42,065 bases of DNA from a virus. Taxonomy: Duplodnaviria; Caudoviricetes. Below the pieces are notes generated by a model that was given only the letters and a program-made list of their open reading frames with translations, ran no database searches and was not told the origin of the DNA. How positions within the stretch are numbered: position 1 is the first letter of the stretch; every line of letters begins with the position of its first letter. The DNA lies in IMG/VR virus record IMGVR_UViG_3300037790_000132, positions 1 through 42,065 of that record. One strand, written 5' to 3'. Below are positions 19,800 through 27,627 of the stretch, piece after piece. Both the position numbers and the translations under genes were made by a program.

Positions 19800-20501
19800 C
19801 GCATTGTCCTCATTGGTCGTGGGCGTGGTGTCATTATTTATTTCTGTATCAATACCATCACCTTTACTAAATTCGGCGTTACCTTTGGCTCGCTCATGCT
19901 CAGCAATAATGGTTTCTTCCTTTAACCATTCTGATTCATACTCGGGCACAACTTTATCTGCCGCTTCACTATCAAAACGGTCAGTTATGAAGTTGCGCAA
20001 ATTGCTCATGAGGCGCGTGAGGGTGTTTGATGTGCGTAGCGATATACTGTCCATATCACCGGCAGCAAATTCAAAGGTAAGGGTGTCGGCGTTTTCATCC
20101 TGGTTAAATTGCCAGGCTAAACCGTCAACAGCAGGAGCCTTGCCACCTAAATAACCAATGTGGGCAAGTTTGTAGCCGTTTTCGACTTTTTCTAATTTAA
20201 CTGAGCGGTTAGGGTAGCGCTTATCTTCAACGGCTTGAGCAAACTCACTGCTTACTTCATCGGCTTTAGCGTAAAGAACGCCGTCTTCGGCTTTTAGTTC
20301 ACTGGCCCAACCCCATGCAGGTGAATCCATTTTAGGGTGGCCGATAACAAGCGGTGCGGTTTTAGGTGTGAAGTTAGTAACAACGCTATTTAAATCAGCG
20401 TTACTAAAAGTTTGGGTATTGCCTTTGCTGTCTGTTTGGGTGCCAGCTTTAAAAACTTCAAACCAATCGAACTGTGTATTTGTGCTTGCTTTCTTTGCCA
20501 T
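19347..20501 (-). CDS. Mu gpI-like prohead protease/scaffold
   Basis: APLVIGHP, PAWGW, RYPNRSV and HIGYLGGKAPAVDGL motifs, with an acidic C-terminal scaffold. Confidence 0.88.
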   Translation of the reverse strand: MAKKASTNTQFDWFEVFKAGTQTDSKGNTQTFSNADLNSVVTNFTPKTAPLVIGHPKMDSPAWGWASELKAEDGVLYAKADEVSSEFAQAVEDKRYPNRSVKLEKVENGYKLAHIGYLGGKAPAVDGLAWQFNQDENADTLTFEFAAGDMDSISLRTSNTLTRLMSNLRNFITDRFDSEAADKVVPEYESEWLKEETIIAEHERAKGNAEFSKGDGIDTEINNDTTPTTNEDNAMDEEEKKALQDQLDAANAKNKQLEYTQRVTAAKTFINDEVNSGDAPRLTNTDGVAEFMASLDDGDTTFEFAAADGESQTLKPAQWFKGFLKGLPEQTGLTSEFSKDDTSDEDGNDTAEVLAAKALEYQKSQSDKGITISISSALDHIKKV

Positions 20502-20534
20502 GCGTTAAGTGCCAAAAATCAGTAATTGGCACTT

Positions 20535-20580
20535 AGTTTATGAATTGGTGTGTGGGGGGGCTGCTGGAAAGGGCTTTACA
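20535..20580 (-). promoter_or_regulatory. Putative Mor/C-activated late promoter for head-tail operon
   Basis: TGTAAAGCCCTTTCCAGC-N22-TAAACT upstream of the protease gene. Confidence 0.65.
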
Positions 20581-20621
20581 TTTGCTTATATTGATTAATC
20601 TGGAATGCTAAGTTTAATTGG

Positions 20622-21476
20622 TCAATCAACCTTAATTGATACCGTATGACCTACGTCGAAATGCTTCTTAATAAACTTATCTTGAATATTTGTTGTAAAA
20701 TCAACTAGTTTATTTGACCCGCTTACACCATTAAAATTTAACATAGTTATTAAAATATCAATTGATTCATTAATAACTGAATGTAAATCCGAGTCTTTGT
20801 TCACCGGAGAAGTGAGGTAGATTCCATTAATCGACAACTTAAATGTAAAGTCACCTGTAATCAACTTTTCAGTCATAAACATCATCTTATTAGAATTCTG
20901 ATACCCTCCTTTATTTACAATATCTTTGTATTTACTTATTTCATCTGTCAGACTGATGAAATAGTGTTTAATAAATTCAATATCTACAGAAGTGATAAAA
21001 TTTTCAACGGATGACTCTCTGAATAAAGACTTATAACAAACTTCAGGTTTTATTTTTAAACCGCAATCAACATACCTCTCCTGCATTTTCTCACAGTATT
21101 CACTGAAGTATTTATAATGATTAAAAAAGTTATTTGCTGAGTTATTCTGTTCAACTAACCTGTTACTTTTCGCTTTTTGTTTAGATGAATGAAAACGATT
21201 AAACATCACTCCAAAAGTTAACGGCACGGTTAGTGACGCTATTGGAAACGCATAATATTTTGCAAAATCGTTTAACGTAACAAAGCTAACTTCAAACTCT
21301 TTGCTAAAACTATAAACACCAGATTCGAAAAGGTTCCACGTTACAGCTATGACCATCACTAAAATTGCTAAGAGTGGGTATCCTATCCAACGAATGAATG
21401 CTTTATTTTCGTGAAGACCAATGTCTTCCTCTACAGGCATGTGCTTAATAAACCACTGCTTTATAACTTCAGGCAC
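20622..21476 (-). CDS. Moron: 2-TM membrane protein, putative defence/exclusion
   Basis: AT-rich with two hydrophobic helices. FPIASLTVPLTFGVMFNRFHSSKQ...NNFFNHYKYF. Confidence 0.55.
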   Translation of the reverse strand: MPEVIKQWFIKHMPVEEDIGLHENKAFIRWIGYPLLAILVMVIAVTWNLFESGVYSFSKEFEVSFVTLNDFAKYYAFPIASLTVPLTFGVMFNRFHSSKQKAKSNRLVEQNNSANNFFNHYKYFSEYCEKMQERYVDCGLKIKPEVCYKSLFRESSVENFITSVDIEFIKHYFISLTDEISKYKDIVNKGGYQNSNKMMFMTEKLITGDFTFKLSINGIYLTSPVNKDSDLHSVINESIDILITMLNFNGVSGSNKLVDFTTNIQDKFIKKHFDVGHTVSIKVD

Positions 21477-21548
21477 TTTGATTTCGTCCTTTAAATTTAT
21501 TAAGTTTCATACTATATTCAAAAAGCTATCAACAACCAAGGAACGGTT

Positions 21549-21932
21549 ATGAAAATAAATATCCCTCGTAAAGTGCTATACGGAATGCTCCCACCATTCA
21601 TCCTTTTTTTCATTGGATTATATACTTACGCCCACTTAACCAGTAACAGCAAGTACTACTCGACTAACCCTGATGAAGCTTTGGGTGAGTTTTACGTCGC
21701 GCTTGCAAAGTATCTCAATGATAATCCAAGCCCTCAGTTCGTTAGTTTGCTTAGCGAAGCCTACAAAGATGAAATGATAGATGATGATGAATTTATGGCT
21801 TTGGCTACTATTCAAATTGAACAAAATAATTTCATAACTATTAGTTACGAAGAGCAAATCGTGTTTGATGACGCCAAAGAACAATTCGTTGAATCGTGGG
21901 AAAAGTACCAGAATGATAATCCAATACTTTAA
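21549..21932 (+). CDS. Moron: small membrane-anchored acidic protein
   Basis: AAGGAA RBS, one N-terminal TM helix and an acidic helical domain. Confidence 0.65.
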   Translation: MKINIPRKVLYGMLPPFILFFIGLYTYAHLTSNSKYYSTNPDEALGEFYVALAKYLNDNPSPQFVSLLSEAYKDEMIDDDEFMALATIQIEQNNFITISYEEQIVFDDAKEQFVESWEKYQNDNPIL

Positions 21933-22055
21933 ATTAGATTCAAACCATGTTTAAAACACGTTTAAATCGAACTCTAAGTGTTTAAACGTTCGTTACTTAA
22001 GGCAATGTAGCTTAATTTCATTTTACGAGCTTAAAATTGCAATGTGAAAGAGAGC

Positions 22056-22607
22056 TTAATCTGAGCCTTTTCCTTTTTTTTGTTTTTCTTCCATTTTGGT
22101 TTTTCGTGCCAAGTCTAAAAATTCAAACCAATCATTTAAACACTGCTTTATAAGATGTAACGAAAACACCAAAACACTCAATGCAAAAAAAGCTGTGAGT
22201 AAAGCAAAAAGAGTTGTGTAATAGCAATTAAACAAACCAAACGTTAATTGAGTTATTGCAGCACCAATACAACTTGCTACAGTCCAAAACAAAAAGTCGC
22301 TTAGGTTCTTTAATGGTGCATAAAACACCAACCCACTTTTTAATTTGCTTTGTTTTTCAAAGCGCTTTTCATATTCATCATGGTCATATACATTTTCTTT
22401 TAACTTAACAATGATGAAGGTTTTTAACGAGAGTAAAAATCCACCTAGCGTCAAAAGCCCAGCAAATAAGCTACCTCTAATGTTTACTTGATAAAATTTA
22501 ACAACTTTGTTTGGGTCTAATTCTAACCAAATAGTAAATCCAAAAATAGAAACAATAATAACAAGCGAAACAATAAAGCAATAAAATAAAACTTTTTTAC
22601 CAGCCAT
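22056..22607 (-). CDS. 4-TM membrane protein, partner of 22607..23569
   Basis: Four hydrophobic segments and a basic tail. TAATG overlap with the upstream gene. Confidence 0.7.
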   Translation of the reverse strand: MAGKKVLFYCFIVSLVIIVSIFGFTIWLELDPNKVVKFYQVNIRGSLFAGLLTLGGFLLSLKTFIIVKLKENVYDHDEYEKRFEKQSKLKSGLVFYAPLKNLSDFLFWTVASCIGAAITQLTFGLFNCYYTTLFALLTAFFALSVLVFSLHLIKQCLNDWFEFLDLARKTKMEEKQKKGKGSD

Positions 22608-23569
22608 TATCTGCTCCTTTGTTTTTTCCTGATTTTAGCTTTAAAGTACTCTGAACGCTCATTGCAAATGTTAATTAACTCTTTAATCATCCAACTAGTT
22701 GCAAATTTATCAACCTTCAATGCATTAATTTTTTTGCTAACATCATCAAATTCATAGGAACCAAAAACATCTAAATTTTTTGATATATCAAATATTTGTT
22801 CATTATCATGTGTATCAATGGCAATAACTCTGCCCGATTCAGCATCTGAATTATTTACGCAATTAACAACATTTCTAAGAAGGTCTCTAAACTTGGCTTG
22901 CTGGCTAAAAAGAAAACGTTGTGTGTTTTTTACTACATCATCTTTAATATTTCTGTACAGAGGTTCTTCAACTTCTAAAGCCGCAAAATTTAACTCTAAC
23001 GCTTTAATACGCTTCATATCGGTAAGTATTTTTTTTAGTTTTTCTTCACTTACAAGCATTTGCCATTTAAAGCGATCTTGGTAGTCTTTATTCGCCTTAG
23101 TCGTTGCTTTCTTTTTGGAGAGTCCTTCAGTTTCATTGTAATGTTTTTTTGCTTCATCTACTTTTTGTTTAACTATAATATTGAATTGTTTTTGTAGTAA
23201 TTTCATCATCCCATTCATACTACAAGATTGGTGATAATGCTGATAAAGGCCAATACCATTATCTTTTTTTATCACGAAAAAATTAAATTCCATTAGACTA
23301 GCATCAGGATCAAGATCAGACACCACTAGTTTCATTGCACCAGTTGCATCTTTTTTCAACTGACAGTATGTTTTGGCGTCTTTTGCAGTAATAACTAAAC
23401 CTACGTGATAATCATCATGAGCGTTAGAATTAACAAAAACTAAACGTCCACCACGGTTTTCATTTTCTTTATTGGTATCGATAGGAGTCGCCTCAATATA
23501 AGACATTAAATCATCAAGGCTCGGTTTGTCGGTTGGATCAATACTGAATCCCAAAATACGTACTTTCAT
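22607..23569 (-). CDS. Soluble hypothetical protein (DUF6731/DUF4747/KwaB-like by recollection)
   Basis: 320 aa, AT-rich, with GAGGGA RBS. EFNFFVI...GLYQHYHQSCS. The family call is tentative. Confidence 0.5.
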   Translation of the reverse strand: MKVRILGFSIDPTDKPSLDDLMSYIEATPIDTNKENENRGGRLVFVNSNAHDDYHVGLVITAKDAKTYCQLKKDATGAMKLVVSDLDPDASLMEFNFFVIKKDNGIGLYQHYHQSCSMNGMMKLLQKQFNIIVKQKVDEAKKHYNETEGLSKKKATTKANKDYQDRFKWQMLVSEEKLKKILTDMKRIKALELNFAALEVEEPLYRNIKDDVVKNTQRFLFSQQAKFRDLLRNVVNCVNNSDAESGRVIAIDTHDNEQIFDISKNLDVFGSYEFDDVSKKINALKVDKFATSWMIKELINICNERSEYFKAKIRKKQRSR

Positions 23570-23745
23570 ATAGTTCCCTCTAACTTATGGAAACCATACT
23601 TTAGTACAAAAAAGCTTTAGAAAAAACCAAACTGAACAAATTATTAACAAAATATAGCGTTGATAAATTGGATGGTAGAGCAAATTACTTTACATACGAA
23701 CGCTTTCTGATACTTTTCTTTTTAATTATCAAGGAGAGAATAGCT

Positions 23746-24732
23746 ATGTCTAAAGACCACCAAAAAGAAAAAGTTCGAAGTGTTTTCAACTATAAATACT
23801 TTCAATTAGCAGCTGCAGTACCACTCGTTCTTGGTTTCATCTTAATGATCTTCATTTGGAAAAACGATAACTTGTCTCTAGAGTGGCCAAGTAAAAAGAC
23901 ACTAGACACTTTTCTAGCTTATATGTCAGTTCCTTTATGGATTATGGGAGCATCAATTCCTTTTGCAACACTTGCAGCTGCAAATTTTAGAGCTATTCAA
24001 TTTCAAGAGAATTTAGAATATCAAAAAAGAAACTTGGAAAGGCAAGAATATGAACATGCATTAGATCTGTATCACAAAGAACTTACAATCTTTAAAGAGA
24101 AGCTTACCTCATCTTTAGCTAATGAAAAATATAAATTTATAACCGCAAGCGACTCAACAATGATATTCACTAGATTGTATGAAAAACCAACTAAACGCTG
24201 TATGGTTCCAGCAAAACCAGACAGTCAAGTTATTGAGCATTTGTATTTTTCTATCTCTTGTGCAAGCAAAGGTATAAAAGCAATTGATGGACTAAGAGTT
24301 ATAACTGATATTGATAAACGCAATGAAACTAAAACTGTTTTTTTAAAGGAATATTTTCCTGAACTTGGCCATGGAAATCATATAATTGCAGAAAAGTTGA
24401 GGTTTGGAGACATGATGATCCTCCAATTCATCTTGATATATGAAGGTATATTGAAACAGATATCTCACGCTCTAGGCATTAAGTTAATGTTAGTAAATAG
24501 TGAAACAGTATTGGATATCATAAAATTTTACTCAGAAGTAATTCGTTTTTATGTTTCAATTCAAGATGAATCGAAGTGGCCAGAAAGTAGTATTGAATAT
24601 AATGATGAGGTGAAGGAAGAAGATATTAATATTCTTAACCATTGGCTATCTGAAACTACTTTTGATCAGTCTGATACTCTTAATTTAATTATTAATCGAT
24701 GGTTTGCAATCATTGCTTTAAGTGAAATGTAA
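23746..24732 (+). CDS. Moron: 2-TM membrane protein with coiled coil, distantly like 20622..21476
   Basis: AAGGAG RBS before MSKDHQ (start reassigned). VPLWIMGASIPFATLAAANFRAIQ motif. Confidence 0.6.
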   Translation: MSKDHQKEKVRSVFNYKYFQLAAAVPLVLGFILMIFIWKNDNLSLEWPSKKTLDTFLAYMSVPLWIMGASIPFATLAAANFRAIQFQENLEYQKRNLERQEYEHALDLYHKELTIFKEKLTSSLANEKYKFITASDSTMIFTRLYEKPTKRCMVPAKPDSQVIEHLYFSISCASKGIKAIDGLRVITDIDKRNETKTVFLKEYFPELGHGNHIIAEKLRFGDMMILQFILIYEGILKQISHALGIKLMLVNSETVLDIIKFYSEVIRFYVSIQDESKWPESSIEYNDEVKEEDINILNHWLSETTFDQSDTLNLIINRWFAIIALSEM

Positions 24733-24813
24733 CATTGTATTTCGAGTATGTACAAGATCAAAGCTTAAGAATTAAGAAGAGTAACCTTCATATAGAACTG
24801 CCTAAAACTAGAC

Positions 24814-25578
24814 CTATATGAAGGTTTTAGCTTGAGTTTTATTTATACTACCTACATATGAAGCAATACCTCTTTTCTGTGCTTTTGAGTTACTTAATAA
24901 GTATGCGTACTGAAATCTTACTAATCTATCGTAATTAATTTTTTTATCATTGTTTTTAAAGTCGATATTGAATGCGGTCACACTATCTGAAACAGACAAG
25001 CTTTTAGATTCATTCAGGTTAAACTTTGATTTAACTAGATCAATCTTAAGTTTTTCATATATTTTAATTAACTCATCTTTATTTGAAGAAGAAATTAAAA
25101 TGTCATCCATATAAATGGACACTAATGCCTTTTTCTTTATGTGTAATGCATGAAGTTCACGTCCTAGTTTGCTATCAAATAGACACAATGAGGCAAGAAT
25201 TGGTGATTGGACAAACCCATAAGGCAATTGATGGCTAAATGGGTAATTTCTCATTACTTTAACAGTAGATTGCTTAGCGAAATTTCTTGCTTCTATATAA
25301 GGAAAAAACTTTTTAAGAGCTCTTGTTACACGAGTCCTGCTTATCGAACCGAAGAAGTCTTTAATATCTAGAGTAGCAAAAAAATTATTTTCTAGATGAA
25401 CCTCTATGGCGGCAACATGACCTCCATCTCGCAAGTGATAGTAATATGGTGGTGGCGTCCACCTTTTTCTGAGTTTCCACTGTATTCCTTTACCTATACT
25501 TCTACACGAATTAGTAGGGTTATAGACCCAGCGGTTAGGTTTTACTTCAAACCTATTAGACCAGCTTGATTCGTACAT
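24814..25578 (-). CDS. Compact retron-type reverse transcriptase (254 aa)
   Basis: LDIKDFFGSI, LPYGFVQSPILA and catalytic YMDD. Region X-like HVAAIEVH and region Y-like VTAFNI. Start at ATG MYESSW, with TTG at 25590 as an alternative. Confidence 0.88.
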   Translation of the reverse strand: MYESSWSNRFEVKPNRWVYNPTNSCRSIGKGIQWKLRKRWTPPPYYYHLRDGGHVAAIEVHLENNFFATLDIKDFFGSISRTRVTRALKKFFPYIEARNFAKQSTVKVMRNYPFSHQLPYGFVQSPILASLCLFDSKLGRELHALHIKKKALVSIYMDDILISSSNKDELIKIYEKLKIDLVKSKFNLNESKSLSVSDSVTAFNIDFKNNDKKINYDRLVRFQYAYLLSNSKAQKRGIASYVGSINKTQAKTFI

Positions 25579-25729
25579 TGACACTTTCAATTTTTGAGTA
25601 ATTAAAAGCCAGGTTGTAGAGATCTACAACAACAGGAACAAATTCAACAAGAGTTATTACGAACTCCATTAGAACAGTTACTATTGCGATACACTCTACA
25701 ACTGGACTATGTTTAGATTCATTATTCAT
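25556..25729 (-). CDS. 57-aa hydrophobic small protein, candidate retron effector
   Basis: GGAGG RBS at 25742-25738 and a hydrophobic core CIAIVTVLMEFVITLVEFVPVVV. Overlaps the RT start by 23 nt. Confidence 0.7.
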   Translation of the reverse strand: MNNESKHSPVVECIAIVTVLMEFVITLVEFVPVVVDLYNLAFNYSKIESVNVRIKLV

Positions 25730-25744
25730 AACATAACCCTCCAT

Positions 25745-25894
25745 ATCTACCTGACATGTCCAGCGCAAGCGCATGACTTTAATTAACTGAAGGAAACTAT
25801 ATGAAGAATGAGAGCATTCTTATAGAGCGCCTAGTAGAATCACATTGTGACGACTATGAAGGGGGCGGCAAGTTCCACCTTTTGTCAGGTAAAT
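25745..25894 (-). ncRNA. Retron msr-msd-like ncRNA
   Basis: Terminal inverted arms ATTTACCTGACA / TGTCAGGTAGAT (12 bp, one G-U). Internal hairpins at 25864-25879, 25832-25856 and 25797-25825. Lies directly upstream of the peptide and RT. Confidence 0.78.
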
Positions 25895-25896
25895 TA

Positions 25897-25924
25897 ATTA
25901 TATATAAATTTTTATAGCGATCAA
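25897..25924 (-). promoter_or_regulatory. Sigma70-type promoter for retron operon
   Basis: TTGATC-N16-TATAAT. The predicted start near 25890 coincides with the first ncRNA arm. Confidence 0.65.
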
Positions 25925-25938
25925 ATGTAAGTTAAGAG

Positions 25939-26646
25939 TTAAATCTTAGTCCTTTGTAAAACTCTCTCTACGCGGCCAAGTACTGTGAAGCGGCCGGATT
26001 CGATATCGTCTACCTCAACAAAGAAACTTGAATAGGCTGTGTTGTCGCTGGTGACTTTGTAGCCCTTACTTTTGAAATCGTACTGTATACGTTTTACGAA
26101 AATCTCATCATCAAAACGAAGTACACAAACACCTTCGCGTGCATCTGCTAAATCATCAACTAACGATACAAGTGTTAAATCGCCGTCATAAAGGGTCTGT
26201 TCCATACTGTCGCCACGAACGGGCACTACAGTGAGTTTTTTGTTATGTAAGTTATGTTGCTCTAACCAGCGTTTTGATAGCTCAAATCGCGCGATAGGGT
26301 ATTCAGCAATAACTAATGCACCGCCACCAGCACTTGCTGAAAGATCATACTGGGGTACGACAGATAAGTCCGCATGTGATGAAATGAGAGCTCCATTCCT
26401 AGATACCTTATTAGAAAGTGAAATAGAACTATTTCCAGTCAATATATAGTTCACATCGAAGCCTAAGCCTGATAATTGCGATAGTTTATCAGAGGGGATA
26501 GCTATCTGTGTTTCCCAACGACTCACCTGTTTAGAAGACATTCCTAAAAAATCTGCAATATTTTTTTGGCTTAAATTCAGTCTGTTACGTTCTTCTTTAA
26601 ACAATTCACAGACATTTACGTCTTGCGAGGGTTGATATTGAGACAT
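25939..26646 (-). CDS. cI: CI-like repressor (Cro/C1 HTH plus S24 peptidase domain)
   Basis: LSQKNIADFLGMSSKQVSRWE helix-turn-helix, SASAGGG cleavage region, GDSM serine and FVKR lysine. Confidence 0.92.
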   Translation of the reverse strand: MSQYQPSQDVNVCELFKEERNRLNLSQKNIADFLGMSSKQVSRWETQIAIPSDKLSQLSGLGFDVNYILTGNSSISLSNKVSRNGALISSHADLSVVPQYDLSASAGGGALVIAEYPIARFELSKRWLEQHNLHNKKLTVVPVRGDSMEQTLYDGDLTLVSLVDDLADAREGVCVLRFDDEIFVKRIQYDFKSKGYKVTSDNTAYSSFFVEVDDIESGRFTVLGRVERVLQRTKI

Positions 26647-26719
26647 ATATGTCCTATTCTCATCACATATTCACAAACACATTCTCTTTTAATCTCGCCA
26701 AAGAACAGAAAAGAGAATG
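26610..26719. promoter_or_regulatory. Lysis/lysogeny switch region with candidate operators
   Basis: Palindromes AGACATTTACGTCT (26610-26623) and AGACATATATGTCC (26641-26654). An 11-bp inverted repeat CATTCTCTTTT/AAAAGAGAATG lies at 26680-26719. Confidence 0.5.
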
Positions 26720-26740
26720 AAAACCAAAAGGTACTTTACA

Positions 26741-27007
26741 ATGAAACCTGAAGAAATTAAACAAGCCCTTGACAAAAAAGGCTATTCACTGTCGATCCTT
26801 GCTGCGGCACTGGGCTTAAACCTCTCGCATGTGAGTAGTGTGGTGTATCAGCATACCTCGTCTTACAAAGTGGCATCTGCAATCTCCAAAATTATTGGTA
26901 AGTCAGTAGAAGAAATTTTCCCAAATGTTAAGGCCTATCACCGAAACAAAGATAGCCGAACAAAGAAAATAGAAGCGCTCAAAGAGCTCTTAGCCAGCGA
27001 TCAATAG
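26741..27007 (+). CDS. ner: Ner-like transcriptional regulator
   Basis: MKPEEIKQALDKKGYSLS...IGKSVEEIFP. Divergent from the repressor. Confidence 0.8.
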   Translation: MKPEEIKQALDKKGYSLSILAAALGLNLSHVSSVVYQHTSSYKVASAISKIIGKSVEEIFPNVKAYHRNKDSRTKKIEALKELLASDQ

Positions 27008-27059
27008 CATTGGCAAAAAAGAGCTATAAATCAAAGTAATTTTGCAAGAGATTTTTACC

Positions 27060-27509
27060 ATGGAACAGCTCACTAAAGCACAACAAAATCAGCTAACTAA
27101 AAGCATACTTGAAGCCGATGTAGCACCCGACTGCGATATCTATAACTTGTTTATTCACAGCGTTTGCTCAGCAATGAAACGCTCTGGTTTTAGCCGCCCA
27201 GTGATTGCAGACCGTATGAATGACGCATTACGTGCCCATGAGTGCGATGTAGATCAAGCAAAACTAAACAAGTGGTTAGCCCCAAGCCAACCTCACTTTA
27301 TGCCTATGCATTATTTGCCAGCTCTGTGCTATGCCGTTCGATCTACAGAGCCTGCTAACGTGTTACTTAAACCCATTTTGTATAAAGCTGTTGATCAACG
27401 CGCTCAACTTCTACAACAGCATGCAGAGCTGCAAATGGAAATAGAAGAACGAACCGCTATGCAACGTTATATCGCTGAATCGTTATTGACTAACGATGAT
27501 CAAGACTGA
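27060..27509 (+). CDS. Phage regulatory/hypothetical early protein
   Basis: SRPVIADRM...LNKWLAPS helix-turn-helix-like segment. Lies between ner and the transposition genes. Confidence 0.55.
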   Translation: MEQLTKAQQNQLTKSILEADVAPDCDIYNLFIHSVCSAMKRSGFSRPVIADRMNDALRAHECDVDQAKLNKWLAPSQPHFMPMHYLPALCYAVRSTEPANVLLKPILYKAVDQRAQLLQQHAELQMEIEERTAMQRYIAESLLTNDDQD

Positions 27510-27627
27510 AAGCACCATTACACCACGCGATATAAAACCCAATTAAGGCTTAAAGCAATGACCATCAAAGACCAAGAACCGTCTGTTTTTTGTAAAAACG
27601 GTCGAATTACACACACAGGGGGGCGAT

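Noticed and set aside
24814-25590. RT as a diversity-generating retroelement or group II intron
   Set aside because: No TR/VR pair differing at adenines was noticed, there is no Avd-like gene and no maturase domain, and the protein is too short. The upstream a1/a2 structure fits a retron.
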